Shown here piece after piece: positions 10,553 to 23,169 of a stretch of DNA of 64,000 nucleotides. The position numbers and the translations under genes are program-made. Each line of letters opens with the position of its first letter. Position 1 is the stretch's first letter. This DNA comes from Mustelus asterias. Taxonomy: Eukaryota. Location: assembly GCF_964213995.1 (NCBI RefSeq), contig NW_027590215.1, forward strand, positions 372,001-436,000. Reading direction: 5' to 3'. The notes beneath the pieces are model-generated. The model did no database searches. It worked only from the letters and a program-made list of their open reading frames with translations, and was not told the DNA's origin.

Positions 10553-11689
10553 CTATTGATCTTTGGCCCGAATTCTACAATTCAGTGTCTGAGAGGTTCC
10601 ACTGATGAACATCTCCAATTAGAAAGTGCTGATTAATCCTTGCTGAGAATTCTTACTGACCTACACACAGTGACACCTCCAGTATCCCCCAGAAAGAAGG
10701 GGAATGGGAATTGGTGGAGAATCGAGAGTTCCCAAATGTTCCCGTCTGGAACAGAAATTCCCTCAGCACAGGAATGGAGAAAAGTCAAATCCAAGTAACA
10801 GGTTCTAAGAAATCACCATCTAATAGCCTTATAAAATCTTTGGATACTGATGGAATATTATACAAAGAGCCTTCCCTTTGTCTTCTGAAGAAAGCTTGCT
10901 GGCTGACAAACACAGGACAAGCCTTTCTCCCTGCCAAGGACCTGTCTCTCGCACAGGCCCTGAAGCAAGACATTTTTAATCCTGATACCATTGGCTCTTA
11001 TGGTAACTAACTACATGTAAAGGTTAAAACAGGCCCTCAAGAGCAAGGAGATTTCAAATTGACTGGCTTCTCCCCAACACCCACAATCAGGCTCATTGAA
11101 GTGAACCTTCCATAGGCACCAGTTATGGACATCAACATTCACTTGGCTTCATCCGTCTGCTTGTCCTCTGGGATCTGTAAATCTCTCTCACCTGTCACAG
11201 GTCAGGTGCTTTTCCTATCTATTTAACTCACACATCTTGTTTTAACTGTTGCTTCTCAATAAACTGTTTTAAAATCGCTTCTGAGCTCAATTCCCTCTTT
11301 GGGTGCAGACCAGTAAGAGTTTAGAAAGTAGATTTTTAAATGTTTCTGTCGGTATGTGGATAGGAAGAAGTGAGTGAAAGTAAACATTCTCTATGAGAGG
11401 CAGATAAAAGTCAAAATATAATGGGGAACAAGGAAATGGCAGAGAAATGCAACAAATACTTTGTATCTATCTGTCTTCATGGTAGAAGACAAAAGAGAAA
11501 TTCTAATAATGGGGAACCAAGGGGTTAGTGCAAGGGGCGGGAACTTTAATACAAGGAAGAGCCATTTTTAAACATTAGTCATCAATACAATATCGTTCGA
11601 GTTGTAATGCTGTTCAGTAAATGTCAATAATAATGAAAAACCAGACAGACATGTTCTGACATCATTTTATGGAACTTTACAGAAAAGAT

Positions 11690-12608
11690 AAGAACATAAG
11701 AAATAGGAGCAGGAGTAGGCCATCGAGTCCCTCGAGCCTGCCCCGCCATTCAATAAGATCATGGCTGATCTGAAGTGGATCAGTTCCACTTACCCGCCTG
11801 ATCCCTATAACCCCTAATTCCCTTAGCGATCAGGAATCCATCTATCCGTGATTTAAACATATTCAACGAGGTAGCCTCCACCACTTCAGTGGACAGAGAA
11901 TTCCAGAGATTCACCACCCTCTGAGAGAAGAAGTTCCTCCTCAACTCTGTCCTAAACCGACCCCCCTTTATTTTGAGGCTGTGCCCTCTAGTTCTAGTTT
12001 CCTTTCTAAGTGGAAAGAATCTCTCCATCTCTACCCTATCCAGCCCCTTCATTATCTTATAGGTCTCTATAAGATCCCCCCTCAGCCTTCTAAATTCCAA
12101 CGAATACAAACCCAATCTGCTCAGTCTCTCCTCATAATCAACACCCCTCATCTCTGGTATCAACCTGGTGAACCTTCTCTGCACTCCCTCCAAGGCCAAT
12201 ATATCCTTCCGCAAATAAGGGGACCTATACTGCACACAGTATTCCAGCTGCGGCCTCACCAATGCCCTGTACAGATGCAGCAAGACATCTCTGCTTTTAT
12301 ATTCTATCCCCCTTGCGATATAGGCCAACAACCCATTTGCCTTCTTGATCACCTGTTGCACCTGCAGACTGGGTTTTTGCGTCTCATGCACAAGGACCCC
12401 CAGGTCCCTCTGCACAGCAGCATGTTGTAATTTCTTTCCATTTAGATAATCCAATTTGCTAATATTCCTTCCAAAGTGAATAATCTCGCATTTGTTAACG
12501 TTATACTCCATCTGCCAGATCCTCGCCCACTCACTCAGCCTGTCCAAATCTCTCTGCAGACCTTCTACGCCCTCCACACAATTCACTTTTCCACTTATCT
12601 TTGTGTCA
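11690..12608 (-). mobile_element. 5'-truncated CR1 LINE, same young subfamily as 3960-5206 and 47640-50069
   Basis: ORF 11780..12586 nearly identical to ORF 4481..5113. Confidence 0.95.
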
Positions 12609-13059
12609 TGTTGTTAATTAAATGATCCTTTCTGACAAGTGAAATGTGAATAAAAGTTTTTAAAAATGGGTTTGATTGATCAAGATTGGGAGCTGCACAA
12701 GTCCAAAGCTGTGGTGGCTTTGGAGACACAGGTTACACACTCCCTTGTCCAATAAGAATGAGGGTCTTATAGAGACTGGAGAAATTAATGGGACTAAATG
12801 GTGACAAATTCCTAGGACCAGACAACCTGCATCTTGGGGATTTAAAAGAGGGAGCTGCAGAAATAGTGGATGCATTAGTTTGATCTTCCAGAATTCCTTA
12901 AACCCTCGAACAGGTTCCCAAGGATCGGAAGTCAGCAAACATTAACTAGTCCAGAAAGTAGGAAAGAAAATGGGGAATATAGACCAGTTCACATCGGTTG
13001 TAGGTGAAATATTAGAAATCTTATTGTTAGGGACTTGGTAACAGGGTACTTATAAAATC

Positions 13060-13285
13060 AAAAACAGAAAATGCTGGAAAATCTGAGCAGGTCTGATAGC
13101 ATCTGTGGAGAGAGAATAGAGCCAACGTTTCAAGTCTGGATGACCCTTTGTCAGCTCTGACAGACAGTCATCCAGACTCGACATGTTGGCTCTATTCTCT
13201 CCCCACAGATGCTGTCAGATCTGAGATTTTCCAGCATTTTCTGTTTTTGTTTCGGATTCCAGCATCCACAGTATTTTGCTTTTAC
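13060..13285. mobile_element. Palindromic non-autonomous element made of two inverted PLE-family-2 termini
   Basis: AAACAGAAAATGCTGGAAAATCT...GACCCTTTGTCAG arm and its reverse complement; decayed hammerhead-like core in each arm. Confidence 0.65.
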
Positions 13286-14294
13286 CGATAAAATGAGACT
13301 AGGATCAAATTAATGGTGGTGAGAAAAATGAGAGGTGATCTAATCAGAGTATATGATTCTTCATGGGCCTGAGAGGTTCGATGGTGTGAAAATGTTTCCC
13401 CTGACTGCGGAACCTGGAACACTGGGTCACAGTCTCAGAATAAGGGGTCAATCATTGGGATTGAATTGAGGAGAAAATTCTTTACTCAGTTGTGAATTCC
13501 TAGAACTCTCTACCCCAGGGAGCAGTGGATGCTCGGCATTGGGTGTAATTAAGACAAAGATTGATAAATATTTGGGTACAAAGAGAAGTTAAGCGATATG
13601 GGGACAGTGCGGGGAGGTGGGGTTGAGGCAGATTATCAACCTTGATCTCAGTGAATAGCTGAACAAACTCAAAGGGCTGAATGGCCTCTTCCTGCTCCTA
13701 TTTCTTATTACATTAAACCTCAGTCTGGTTCCCCTCAAACTGCTGAGTGAGTGAATTAAATCTTTCTTCACAAATCACCAAGACACCAATCTACAAGTCA
13801 GAATATAAACATTGTTTATTGGTTACAAATTGCAGTTAAATCTGGGCAAATTGTCTCTTTCTAGACATGTCTAAATGCAATCAGAGTTATCCAGCAGTTC
13901 AACACTAATGGGGAGAGATATTTCACAAAACAAGTAACAAAGATCCCAGGATACGCAGTGATTCACTGTAAATTAGCACTAATGGATGCTGAGAATTCAT
14001 TACAGCAAGGAGCAGAGTCTGAGCTTATAAATTATCGAGTTTACTTTCAGAGTAATTCCTTCAATATCTGCAAGTTAACAGCTATGAACAACTCATCTAT
14101 CAAACAGCTCAAGCCTGCTTGTGATTCCCAACATTCAGAGCTGACACTGTCTGATCCTGGATTTACAGAACAGACTTTCTCCTGTCAATGTAGAGCTGCA
14201 GCATTGGACTGTGATCTGTTTATTGTTCATCTTTATTTCAGCAGTGTTTCTAAATGATATAAATTTAAAACAAAGTATTGCAGATGTGATGGTT

Positions 14295-15925
14295 TATTGA
14301 CAGGGGATCTCATAGAAACTTATAAAAATCTAACAGGGTTAAACAGGGTAGATTCAGAAAGAATGTTCCCAATGGTGGGGGGAGTCCAGAACTCGGGGTC
14401 ATAGTTTGAGGATAAGGGGTAAACCTTTTAGGACTGAGTTGAGAAATTTCTTCACCCAGAGGGTGGTGCATCTGTAGAATTCACTACCACAGAAAATAAT
14501 TGAGGCTAAAATGTTTTGTGATTTGAAGAAGGAATTAGATATAGCTCTTGCGCCTAAAGGAATATTGGGGGGGAGGGGGCGGGGGAGGGGGGATCGGGAT
14601 ATTGAATGTGATGATCAGCCATGATCATAATAAATGGCGGAGCAGGCTCGAAGGGCTGAATGGCCTACTCCTGCTTCTAGTTTCGATGTATGTTTCAATG
14701 TAACAAGGCCTCTAACTCAAATATAACTGTCAGTTGTCAATGGCTGGGAAGCTAATGGCTCCAGACCTTAACTCACCAAGACTTGATGGGTTTCACAGTA
14801 CTTGCTCTATAATTATCCAAGGGTATGTGATGTATTTCACTTGTCAAATAAGGATGCAGCTACAGACAAAGAGCCAGTCACAAGATTCTCATATCTTACA
14901 CTGATTACAATTAAGCTGAATATCACATCAGGTTAAATGATTAATATAATTCCATTATTTGATCATTACACATAACTAAACTACAAACTGACCTTTCCTA
15001 CAGTCTCACAGTCCAGTCAAGCAACAGGTTGACACGGAGATAGATAGGAAAGTACGTTGTGAGGAGGATACAAAGAATCTGCAAAGGTATATAAATAGGT
15101 AAGTGAGTAGGAAAAATCTTAGCAGACGGAGTATGATATGGGAAAATATAAGGATTTTGACTTTAGCAGGAAGAATAGGAAAAAACAATATAATCTAAAT
15201 AGAGTGTAGAATGCTGCAGGACTGAGGGATCTGAGTGAACTTCTAAAAGAATCACAGAAAAGTAACAAGCAGGAACAGCAAGTAATTAGGAAGGTTTTCT
15301 GTAAGGGAGATGGAATATAAAAGTAATAAAGTCTTGCTACAATCATAGAAAGAATTGGTGAAACTGCACCGAGAGTACTGTGTACAGATTTGGTCTCCTT
15401 GCTTGAACAGTGATACGGGTGCATTGGAGACAGTTCAGGGGAGATTCACTAGACTGATTGCTTGGATGAAGGAGTTTGTCTTCTGGGGAAAGTTGAGCAA
15501 GTTGGGTCTATACTCAATGGAATTTAGAAGAATGAGAGGTGACCTGACTGAAACATGAGATTCTGAGGGATCTTGTCAGGGTGGATGCCGAGAGAATGTT
15601 TTGTTTTTGTGAGGAATCTCGAAGCAGGAGTCACACTTTAAAGATAAGGGCTCTCCCATTTCAGGCAGATATCAGGGGAAATTTCTTCTCTGGGGGTCAT
15701 TAGTCTGTGGCATTTTCTTCCCCAGAGAGCAATGGAGACTGTGGTTCATTGAACATATTCAAGGCTGAGTTAGACAGAGTATTAATCAACAAGGAGTCAA
15801 GGATTATGGAGCAGCAGGAAAGTGGAGTGAAGGCCACAGTCAGGTCAGCCATGATTCTTATTGAATTGTGGAGAAAGTTTGAGGGGCCAAATGGCCGACA
15901 CCTGCTCCTAATTCTTGTGATCTGA
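14295..15925 (+). mobile_element. Decayed CR1 3' fragments (14295-14700, 15030-15925)
   Basis: EYCVQIWSP, LGLYSMEFRRMRGDL, CR1 3' UTR GAATGGCCTACTCCTG. Confidence 0.8.
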
Positions 15926-15929
15926 TACC

Positions 15930-16370
15930 CTCCATCATCTCGTGTGGCACGGGATAGATTCAGAATAGACAAAGATCAAAATTGCACATCCATGAGGTGC
16001 TGTGGGTCATCAGCATCACAATATTCAACCACAATCTGTAAACTCATGGCCCGGCACATCCCTCACTCTACCATTACCATCAAGCCAAGGGACCATCCTG
16101 GTTCAACATGGAGTATAGGACGACATGTCAGGAGCAGCACCAGGCACCCTAAAGCTGAGATTCCAATCCAGTGACTGGTAACACTTTACTATAAGCACAT
16201 TAAACAACAGAAGCAGCATGTTCTAGGCAAGGACCAAACAATCTACAAACAACGGATCAGATCAGAGCTGCAGTCCCCCCACATCCACCCGTGAATGGTG
16301 GGGGACAATTAAACAAATCAGAGAGAGAGAAAGCTCCACAGATATCCGCATCTTCAATGACTGGGGAAAC
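15930..16370 (+). mobile_element. Decayed non-LTR retrotransposon ORF2 fragment
   Basis: LMARHIPHSTITIKP followed by a PWFN-like motif typical of the EN-RT linker. Confidence 0.55.
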
Positions 16371-16598
16371 AAGCGGATCAGTGCATTTAACTGTTTTGTC
16401 TTTCGTGATCACAGATATGTTATTGATATGTTCTTTGGATTCCGAGACCAGGAAAGACACTCTGGAAGGGATGGGAGCTGGGACTTGTCCATGAGAGTAA
16501 CTGAAGGTATGAGAACTGAAATAATTGAGAGTTAGAAAAGACAAAGGCCACAAAAAAGCAGCAATTGGTAACAAGACACTGATTAATCTGTTCTTATC

Positions 16599-16932
16599 CG
16601 GCACGGTAGCACAGTGGTTAGCACTGCTGCTTCACAGCTCCAGTGTCCCGGGTTCGATTCCCGGCTCGGGTCACTGTCTGTGTGGAGTTTGCACATTCTC
16701 CTCTTGTCTGCGTGGGTTTCCTCCGGGTGCTCCGGTTTCCTCCCACAGTCCAAAGATGTGCGGGTTAGGTTGATTGGCCAGGTTAAAAATTGCCCCTTAG
16801 AGTCCTGAGATGCGTAGGTTAGAGGGATTAGCAGGTAAATATGCGGGGGTAAGGCCTGGGTGGGATTGTGGTCGGTGCAGACTCGATGGGCCGAATGGCC
16901 TCCTTCTGCACTGTAGGATTTCTATGATATGA
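16599..16932 (+). mobile_element. Full-length HE1 SINE
   Basis: tRNA head with GGTTCGATTCC B box, conserved body, CR1-like tail ending TTCTATGA. Confidence 0.92.
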
Positions 16933-17077
16933 TCCTGAAGAAATGAAGGTCCCCGCTTTGTGTCTGAAACAATATTAGTTCATCTGACATTTATCCAGAG
17001 TATTAATCTCCAGCCCAGTTATAGCGATGTTCAGGTTCAGTCCTGGATGTGATTAACAGCAGCAATAACAGCAGAAT

Positions 17078-18720
17078 CTAATCCCTGCAGACACTTGTCA
17101 ACTTTCTGGCGGGTAAGATGATGGGTTGACTGAGTGAATCCATTTCACACTCAGAGAAGGTGAATGGTCTCTCTACATTGTGAGTGTGTTGGTGTCTCAG
17201 CAGGTGGGATGAGTGAGAAAATCCCTTCCCGTATTCAGAGCAAGTGAACAGTTTCTCCCTGGTGTGAATGTGCTGGTGTGTTTGCAGGTTGGATGAGCGA
17301 GTGAATCCCTTTCCACAGTCAGAGCAGGTGAACGGTCTCTCCCCGGAGTGAACTTGCTGGTGTCTCAGCAGAATACTTGAGGTCTTAAATCTCTTCCCAC
17401 ATTCAGAACATCTGAAAGGTTTCTTATCCAAGTGAACAAGTTGGTGTGATCTGAGGCTGGTTAAATAAATGAATCTTTTTCCACACAAGGAACAGGTGAA
17501 CGACCTCTCCCCAATGTGAACGCGCGGTGTTTCTGGAGGCTGGATAACAGAGTGAATTCCTTCCCACACACTGTACATCTGAATGGCCTCTCCTCATTGT
17601 AAACTCACTGGTGTATCAGCAGATCACTTGTGGTTTTATAACGCTTCTCAAATTCCGTACATTTGAAAGGTCTGTTATCAATGTGAACCAGTCGGTGTGT
17701 AGTGAGGTGGGATGATCATGTGAATCCGTTCCCTCACACAGAGCAGGTGAATGGCCTCTCCCCAGTGTGAGTGTGTTCGTGTTCAGTGAGGTTCTGTGAT
17801 TGTTTAAATAGCTTCCCACAATGCGAGCAACTGAACTGTCTCACAATGTGAATGACCTGGTGCTTCACAGGTCCTCAGAGCTTTTAGAATTGTTATCACT
17901 GTCAACGCCTCTCTTCAATGTGAACTTGCTGGTGGGTCAGCAGGTGGGATGATTGAATGAATCCCTTCCTGCACACGGAGCAGGTGAATGGTCTCTCCCC
18001 AATGTGACCGCGGCGATGCATTTCCAGCAGAGATGGATAATTGAATCCCTTCCCACAGTCACCACATTTTAAAGTTTTTTTACACAGAGGGTGGTGGATG
18101 CCTGGAACTCGATGCCAGGGGAGGTAGTGAAAGCAGATATGATAGTGAGTTTTAAGGGGCATCTGGACAAATACATGAATAGGATGGGAATAGAGGGATA
18201 TGGTCCCCGGAAGGGTAGGGGGTTTTAGTTTAGTTGGGCAGCATGGTCGATGCAGGCTTGGAGGGCCGAAGGGCCTGTTCCTGTGCTGTAGTTTTCTTTG
18301 TTCTTTGTTCCATGGTTTCTCCATGGTGCCAGTACCCTTGTGTCTCTCTTGGTTAAATGATCTGTTCAAGCCTTGTCCACACAAAGAACTTGTGTATTCT
18401 TTCTCAGTAAGGGAATCAAGGGTCATGGGGATGAGGCAGGAAAGTGGAGTTGAGGATTATATCAGATCAACCATGATCTCATTGAATAGTGGAGCAGACT
18501 CAATGGGCCCAATGGCTTAATTCTGATCCTAGGTCTTCCCATCCTTTGGCTCTCTGCTGTGAATAGTGTGATGTTTTTTCAGGCTGTGTAACTGGTTAAA
18601 GCTGTTTCCACAGTCAGCTCACTGGAACTTGGGTGTATGTTCGTCTCGGTGCTTTTCCAGTCACACTGATGTTTGAAATCTTTCCCCACCATCAGAACAA
18701 ACAAACATTTCTTCTTCCAA
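17078..18720 (-). pseudogene. C2H2 zinc-finger pseudogene
   Basis: Finger array broken by frameshifts (ORFs 17078..17578, 17902..18426) and by CR1 fragments at about 18071-18309 and 18410-18535. Confidence 0.85.
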
Positions 18721-18949
18721 TTTAAAAGTCGATGATATTCAGGTTCTGATGAATGGAGTGACTTTTTCAGATTTTGATGTGATGTTTGGTTTCAGTTTCC
18801 CATCTGTGTGCCTTGTAAAAGACATTGGCAGGGTCAGTATCACTGTCAGTACAGGATAAAAATTCAGAACAAGCATTTCTAGTTTCCATGGAATATTCTT
18901 TTCTCTTTTGTTTCCCCAATCTTGTGGTCCAATCAAACTTCCATTTCAA

Positions 18950-19190
18950 CTGAACCAGAACTTTGTTTCCAGTGTCTATGAGACATTGTACCCTGAGTTG
19001 TGGAAGGTATCGAGTGTTCCAGTCGACACCACACACTCCCTCTCCAGGACCATTCGAGCATGGACAAGACCACGGAAGAGCAGCCGACAGCCAAGTTACC
19101 CCCTGCCGATCTACAAATTACTGTTTTAACCAGCCCCAAGAGCAGGTCCAGGAAAAGATCCTCTGACCTCCCCAGCCTACTCCACACTGA
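18950..19190 (-). mobile_element. Tx1/L1-clade LINE ORF2 C-terminal fragment
   Basis: EDLFLDLLLGLVKTVICRS resembles the Tx1-type LLLGLAKxAI motif. Confidence 0.55.
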
Positions 19191-19259
19191 GCAGAATTGG
19201 AGTGTGGGGCAAACCAGAAGTGTAATTAAAAGTGGAGAAGCAACTCCTTCAAGGTCTGC

Positions 19260-19760
19260 AACCTCTCACACTGAATATAAACATGGCTCATGGACTCCTC
19301 CCGGCTGCAAAACATCAGCTGCAGCTTGAGACTGGGTGAAAATGTTGAAAAATCTTAGTTCCTTGTGGCTGTATCGGACACTAGGACCCGGTGGGAAGAG
19401 AATAACCTTAGCCCCGCCCCCATACTGTTGCGTCAAGAATACCCAGCCGCATGCGCTCCTCGTTGAACCAAGATGGCGGCCGTCAGCCTGGACTTGGGCC
19501 TCGGAGGGGAAAAGACCCAGAGCTGCAAACACGGGAGCGGCAGAGTCTCAATCGCGGTTTGAGGCATTCACCAGGTGTTTAGAAACTCTCCCTATCCAGA
19601 GCCCGCTCCATCAGAGTTTTCTCTTCCTTCCCCGCTGCAAAGAGGCAAAAACAGCCCAACCCCATCGCCATTACTGACAGTGCGCACGCTCCAATATGGG
19701 GGGTTAATGCGCCTGTGCGGTGCCTGCCTCTGGTGTGAATAGGGGACATTCAGCACCGCG
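19260..19760. promoter_or_regulatory. CpG-rich, probably bidirectional promoter between divergent ZNF loci
   Basis: CCCCGCCCC, TTGCGTCA, CGCATGCGC, CAAGATGGCGGC at 19469-19480, further TGCGCACGC / TGCGCCTGTGCG. Confidence 0.65.
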
Positions 19761-20451
19761 GGGAATGCTGGGTCAGGACTCTGCCATTGAAAGTCATTAT
19801 TAGTAGCTCGTGATGTTTTTACTATTGTGTGTAGATTGGGGGACGGGGGCGGGTTCGATAAATTAATTAAAAGAGGAACCAAGTTATACTGAAATCTATG
19901 CATAGATCTTTCATTATCCATCAGAAAGAAAGGGAGTGGTAATAGGTGGAGAATTGTAAATGTCCCAAAGTTTTCCACAAGCAGCAGCAATTACAGCGGA
20001 ATCCAAGAGCTCCAGTCAAATGTAAACTCAGAAAATGGTGTGACTGAGTGAAGTATTTCACTAAGTAATTGTCAGAATTGTATTCTCATGGATATTCCAG
20101 GTCATTTCTCAAAACCATTCAATGGTGGTGGGTGTCATTGATTAGACCAGCACTTATTTCCCATCCCTAATTGCCCTTGAAAAGTTGTTGGTAAGCTGCC
20201 TTCTTGAATCGCTGCAATCCATGTGGTAGGTACACCCACAGTGACGTTAGGGAGGGAATTCCAAGATTTTGATCCAATGACAGTGAAGGAAAGTGACATA
20301 TTTCCAAATCAAGATGGTGAGTGGCTTGGAGGGGGAATTCCAAATGGTGGTTTCCCATCTGTCCACTGTCCTTGTAGATTGTAGTGGTCGTGGGTTTTGT
20401 TTCATTGCAAGTTTCATATAGATTTGCAAAAAAAAACTTCTTAGGATGTGC

Positions 20452-20788
20452 GGCGGCACGGTAGCACAGTGGTTAGCACTGCTGCTTCACAGCTCCAGGG
20501 ACATGGGTTCGATTCCCAGCTTGGGTCACTGTCTGTGTGGAGTTTGCATATTCTCCTCGTGTCTGCGTGGGTTTCCTCCGGGTGCTCCGGTTTCCTCCCA
20601 CAGTCCAAAGATGCGCGGGTTAGGTTGATTGGCCATGCTAAATTTGCCCTTTAGTGTCCTGGGATGCGTAGATTAGCGGGTAAAATATGTAGGAATATGA
20701 GGGTAGGGCCTGGGTGGGATTGTGGTCGGTGTAGACTCGATGGGCCGAATGGCCTCTTTCTGTACTGTAGGGTTTCTATGATTCTATG
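20452..20788 (+). mobile_element. Full-length HE1 SINE
   Basis: Head, body and tail as 16599-16932. Confidence 0.92.
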
Positions 20789-21492
20789 TGGACATTACTG
20801 ACAAGGCTCAGGTATCTGTCCTGAATTACTATCCTGCACTGACAGTGATATGTTACCAATCACCAGTTATCCTTTGTGATGGTGATAGTTGGCCTTTTTC
20901 TTAAACCTCTGCAGTCCATATAGTAAAGGTGCTCCCACAATGCAACAGTATTAGGATTTTAACCCAGTCACACTGAAGGGATAGTGATATTTGTCTAAGT
21001 CAGGGAGTTGTGTGGTTTTCCCATGTCCCAGCTGCTCTGGTACTTCCAGGTGGGAAAGATTGTGGGTTTGGGAGATTCTGCCAAAATGCTGGTTGAGTTG
21101 CTGATGTATAAAATCTCTTTCCATCACCCTCCTCCCTGACCTCTCCCTCTTCACACATAAAGGCTGGATTTTTGTTGTGGGCTCTGAAGGGTGAAGGGTT
21201 CCTGTCCCTCAGTGCATTGGTGAACAGTTTGAAGCTTTATGACAATCCAGCAGCTTTCATATCCTTTTTCCTATTCCCAATCCCACAATTTACCAGATTC
21301 ATTCAGCTCAATTTCACATCTTGCCTTTGTGTTATAATGGCTTGTCTCTTATGTTTCCCTCTTTCTGTTTTCAATTCATTTTTCAGGGGATTAGAAGGTG
21401 AGGAATTACAGACAATTGAATATCAAGGATCACATCAAGATCTGACAGAGTGCCTCGATTCATCAGGATCTAAATATCATCGGCCATTAAAC

Positions 21493-22698
21493 ATGGAAGA
21501 AAAAAGCACCATTCACAGTGGGGAGAAACCATACACATGTTCTGTGTGTGGACAAGGCTTCAAACGATCGTCTGGCCTGTCAAGACACAAGCGCAGTCAC
21601 ATCAGGGAGAGACCGTGTAAATGTGGAGGCTGTGGGAAAGGATTCAATTACCCAGTTGACCTGGAAAATCACCGACGCACTCACAGTGGAGAGAGACCTT
21701 TTAGCTGCCCTGTGTGTGGGAAGGGATTCACTCAGTCAGCTGGCCTGTTGATACACCAGCGCATTCACAGCAGGGACAGGCAGTTCACCTGCTCCGAATG
21801 TGGAAAAGGATTTACTCAGTCATCGGCCCTGCTGATGCATTGGCACATTCACACAGGGGAGAGGACATTCACCTGCTCCGTGTGTGGGAAGGGATTCACA
21901 GATTTCTCTGCCCTGCAGAGACACCAGCAAGTTCACACCGACAGGAGAGAGTTTAAATGCACTGAGTGTGGAAAGAGTTTTAAAACTCCACGCACACTGC
22001 GGGAGCACCAGTACATTCACACTGGTTCCACACCGTTCAGCTGCTCCCACTGCCAGAAAGGGTTCAGGACATCATTCCACCTTGTGGCACATGAGCGCAT
22101 TCACACTGGAGAGAGGCCATTCACCTGCTCTGAATGTGGGAAGGGATTTAACCGATCATCCAACCTGCAGAAACACCAACGAGTTCACAGTGAAGAGAGA
22201 CGGTTTAAATGTCCAGACTGCGGGAAGGGCTATAAAAGTTCTGAGGAACTGCGTCACCATCAACGTGTTCACTCTGACGACAGACCATTCATGTGCTCTC
22301 ACTGCGGGACTGGCTTCAGGCGATCAGGCGACCTCACTGTACACCAGCGAATTCACACTGGGGAGAGGCCGTTCACCTGCCCTGTGTGTGGGAAGGGATT
22401 CACTTGTTTATCCTCTCTCACTTCACACCAACTTGTTCACACAAATGAGAGACCGTTCAGATGTTCTGACTGTGAGAAGAGCTTTAAAAGCAGAAAACTT
22501 CTGCTCGCACACCAGCGAAATCACTCTGAGGAGAGATCGTTCACCTGTACTGAGTGTGGGAAAGGATTCACCCGGTCATCCATTCTGCTGAGGCACCAAC
22601 AAGTTCACAGTGAGGAGAAGCCGTTCACTTGTTCAAAGTGTGGAAAGAGATTCACCCAGTCACACAACCTGGTGAGACACCAGCGAGTTCACCAGTGA
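21493..22698 (+). CDS. C2H2 zinc-finger protein, 14 fingers
   Basis: 14 intact fingers; ATG of [12 protein letters not shown] at 21493; acceptor TTTTTCAG ends 21386 and the frame is open from it; AATAAA near 22844. Confidence 0.9.
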   Translation: MEEKSTIHSGEKPYTCSVCGQGFKRSSGLSRHKRSHIRERPCKCGGCGKGFNYPVDLENHRRTHSGERPFSCPVCGKGFTQSAGLLIHQRIHSRDRQFTCSECGKGFTQSSALLMHWHIHTGERTFTCSVCGKGFTDFSALQRHQQVHTDRREFKCTECGKSFKTPRTLREHQYIHTGSTPFSCSHCQKGFRTSFHLVAHERIHTGERPFTCSECGKGFNRSSNLQKHQRVHSEERRFKCPDCGKGYKSSEELRHHQRVHSDDRPFMCSHCGTGFRRSGDLTVHQRIHTGERPFTCPVCGKGFTCLSSLTSHQLVHTNERPFRCSDCEKSFKSRKLLLAHQRNHSEERSFTCTECGKGFTRSSILLRHQQVHSEEKPFTCSKCGKRFTQSHNLVRHQRVHQ

Positions 22699-23169
22699 TC
22701 ACAGGGGTGTGATTCTGCTGTTATTGCTGCTGTTAATTACATCCAGACTGAATTATGTTTATTCTGATAGTTGGAGTTTTTCTGATGTAAATCAGCCCTG
22801 TTAGACTCGTAGAATGCCCCACAGCATCTCTCATTCATGTGTCAATAAATCTTCACGCCTGCAGACCTTGTTTTAAATTTAAATCACTCAGAAACTGTAT
22901 TGAACTAAAGATGAACAATAAACAGATCACAGTCCAATCCACCCCTGTGTGAATGTGCCGATGTATCAGCAGGCCGATGACTAAAGTCTGTTTTGTAACT
23001 TCAGGATAAGGATTTGAAAGCTCTGAATGTTGGTCCTCTCATACGTAGGCTGGAGCTATTTGATAGGCAGGATGTTAATAGCTGTAAACTTGTCAGATGT
23101 CGAAAGAATTACTATTGGAGTAAACTCACCCATTTATAACCTCAGACTCTGGTCCCTATTGTAATGAAT

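Noticed and set aside
10830-11310. Possible solo LTRs here and near 3539-3792 and 13740-15010
   Set aside because: AATAAA and TG...CA-like ends are suggestive, but no TSD or second copy could be confirmed.
16599-16660. tRNA-like heads with A/B boxes and CACAGTG in many SINEs
   Set aside because: These are HE1 SINE heads, not tRNA genes; the CACAGTG has no nonamer at 12 or 23 bp.
21172-21386. Hydrophobic N-terminal extension of the 508-aa ORF
   Set aside because: Starts at TTG and runs through a SINE relic and polypyrimidine tract upstream of the splice acceptor; intronic.
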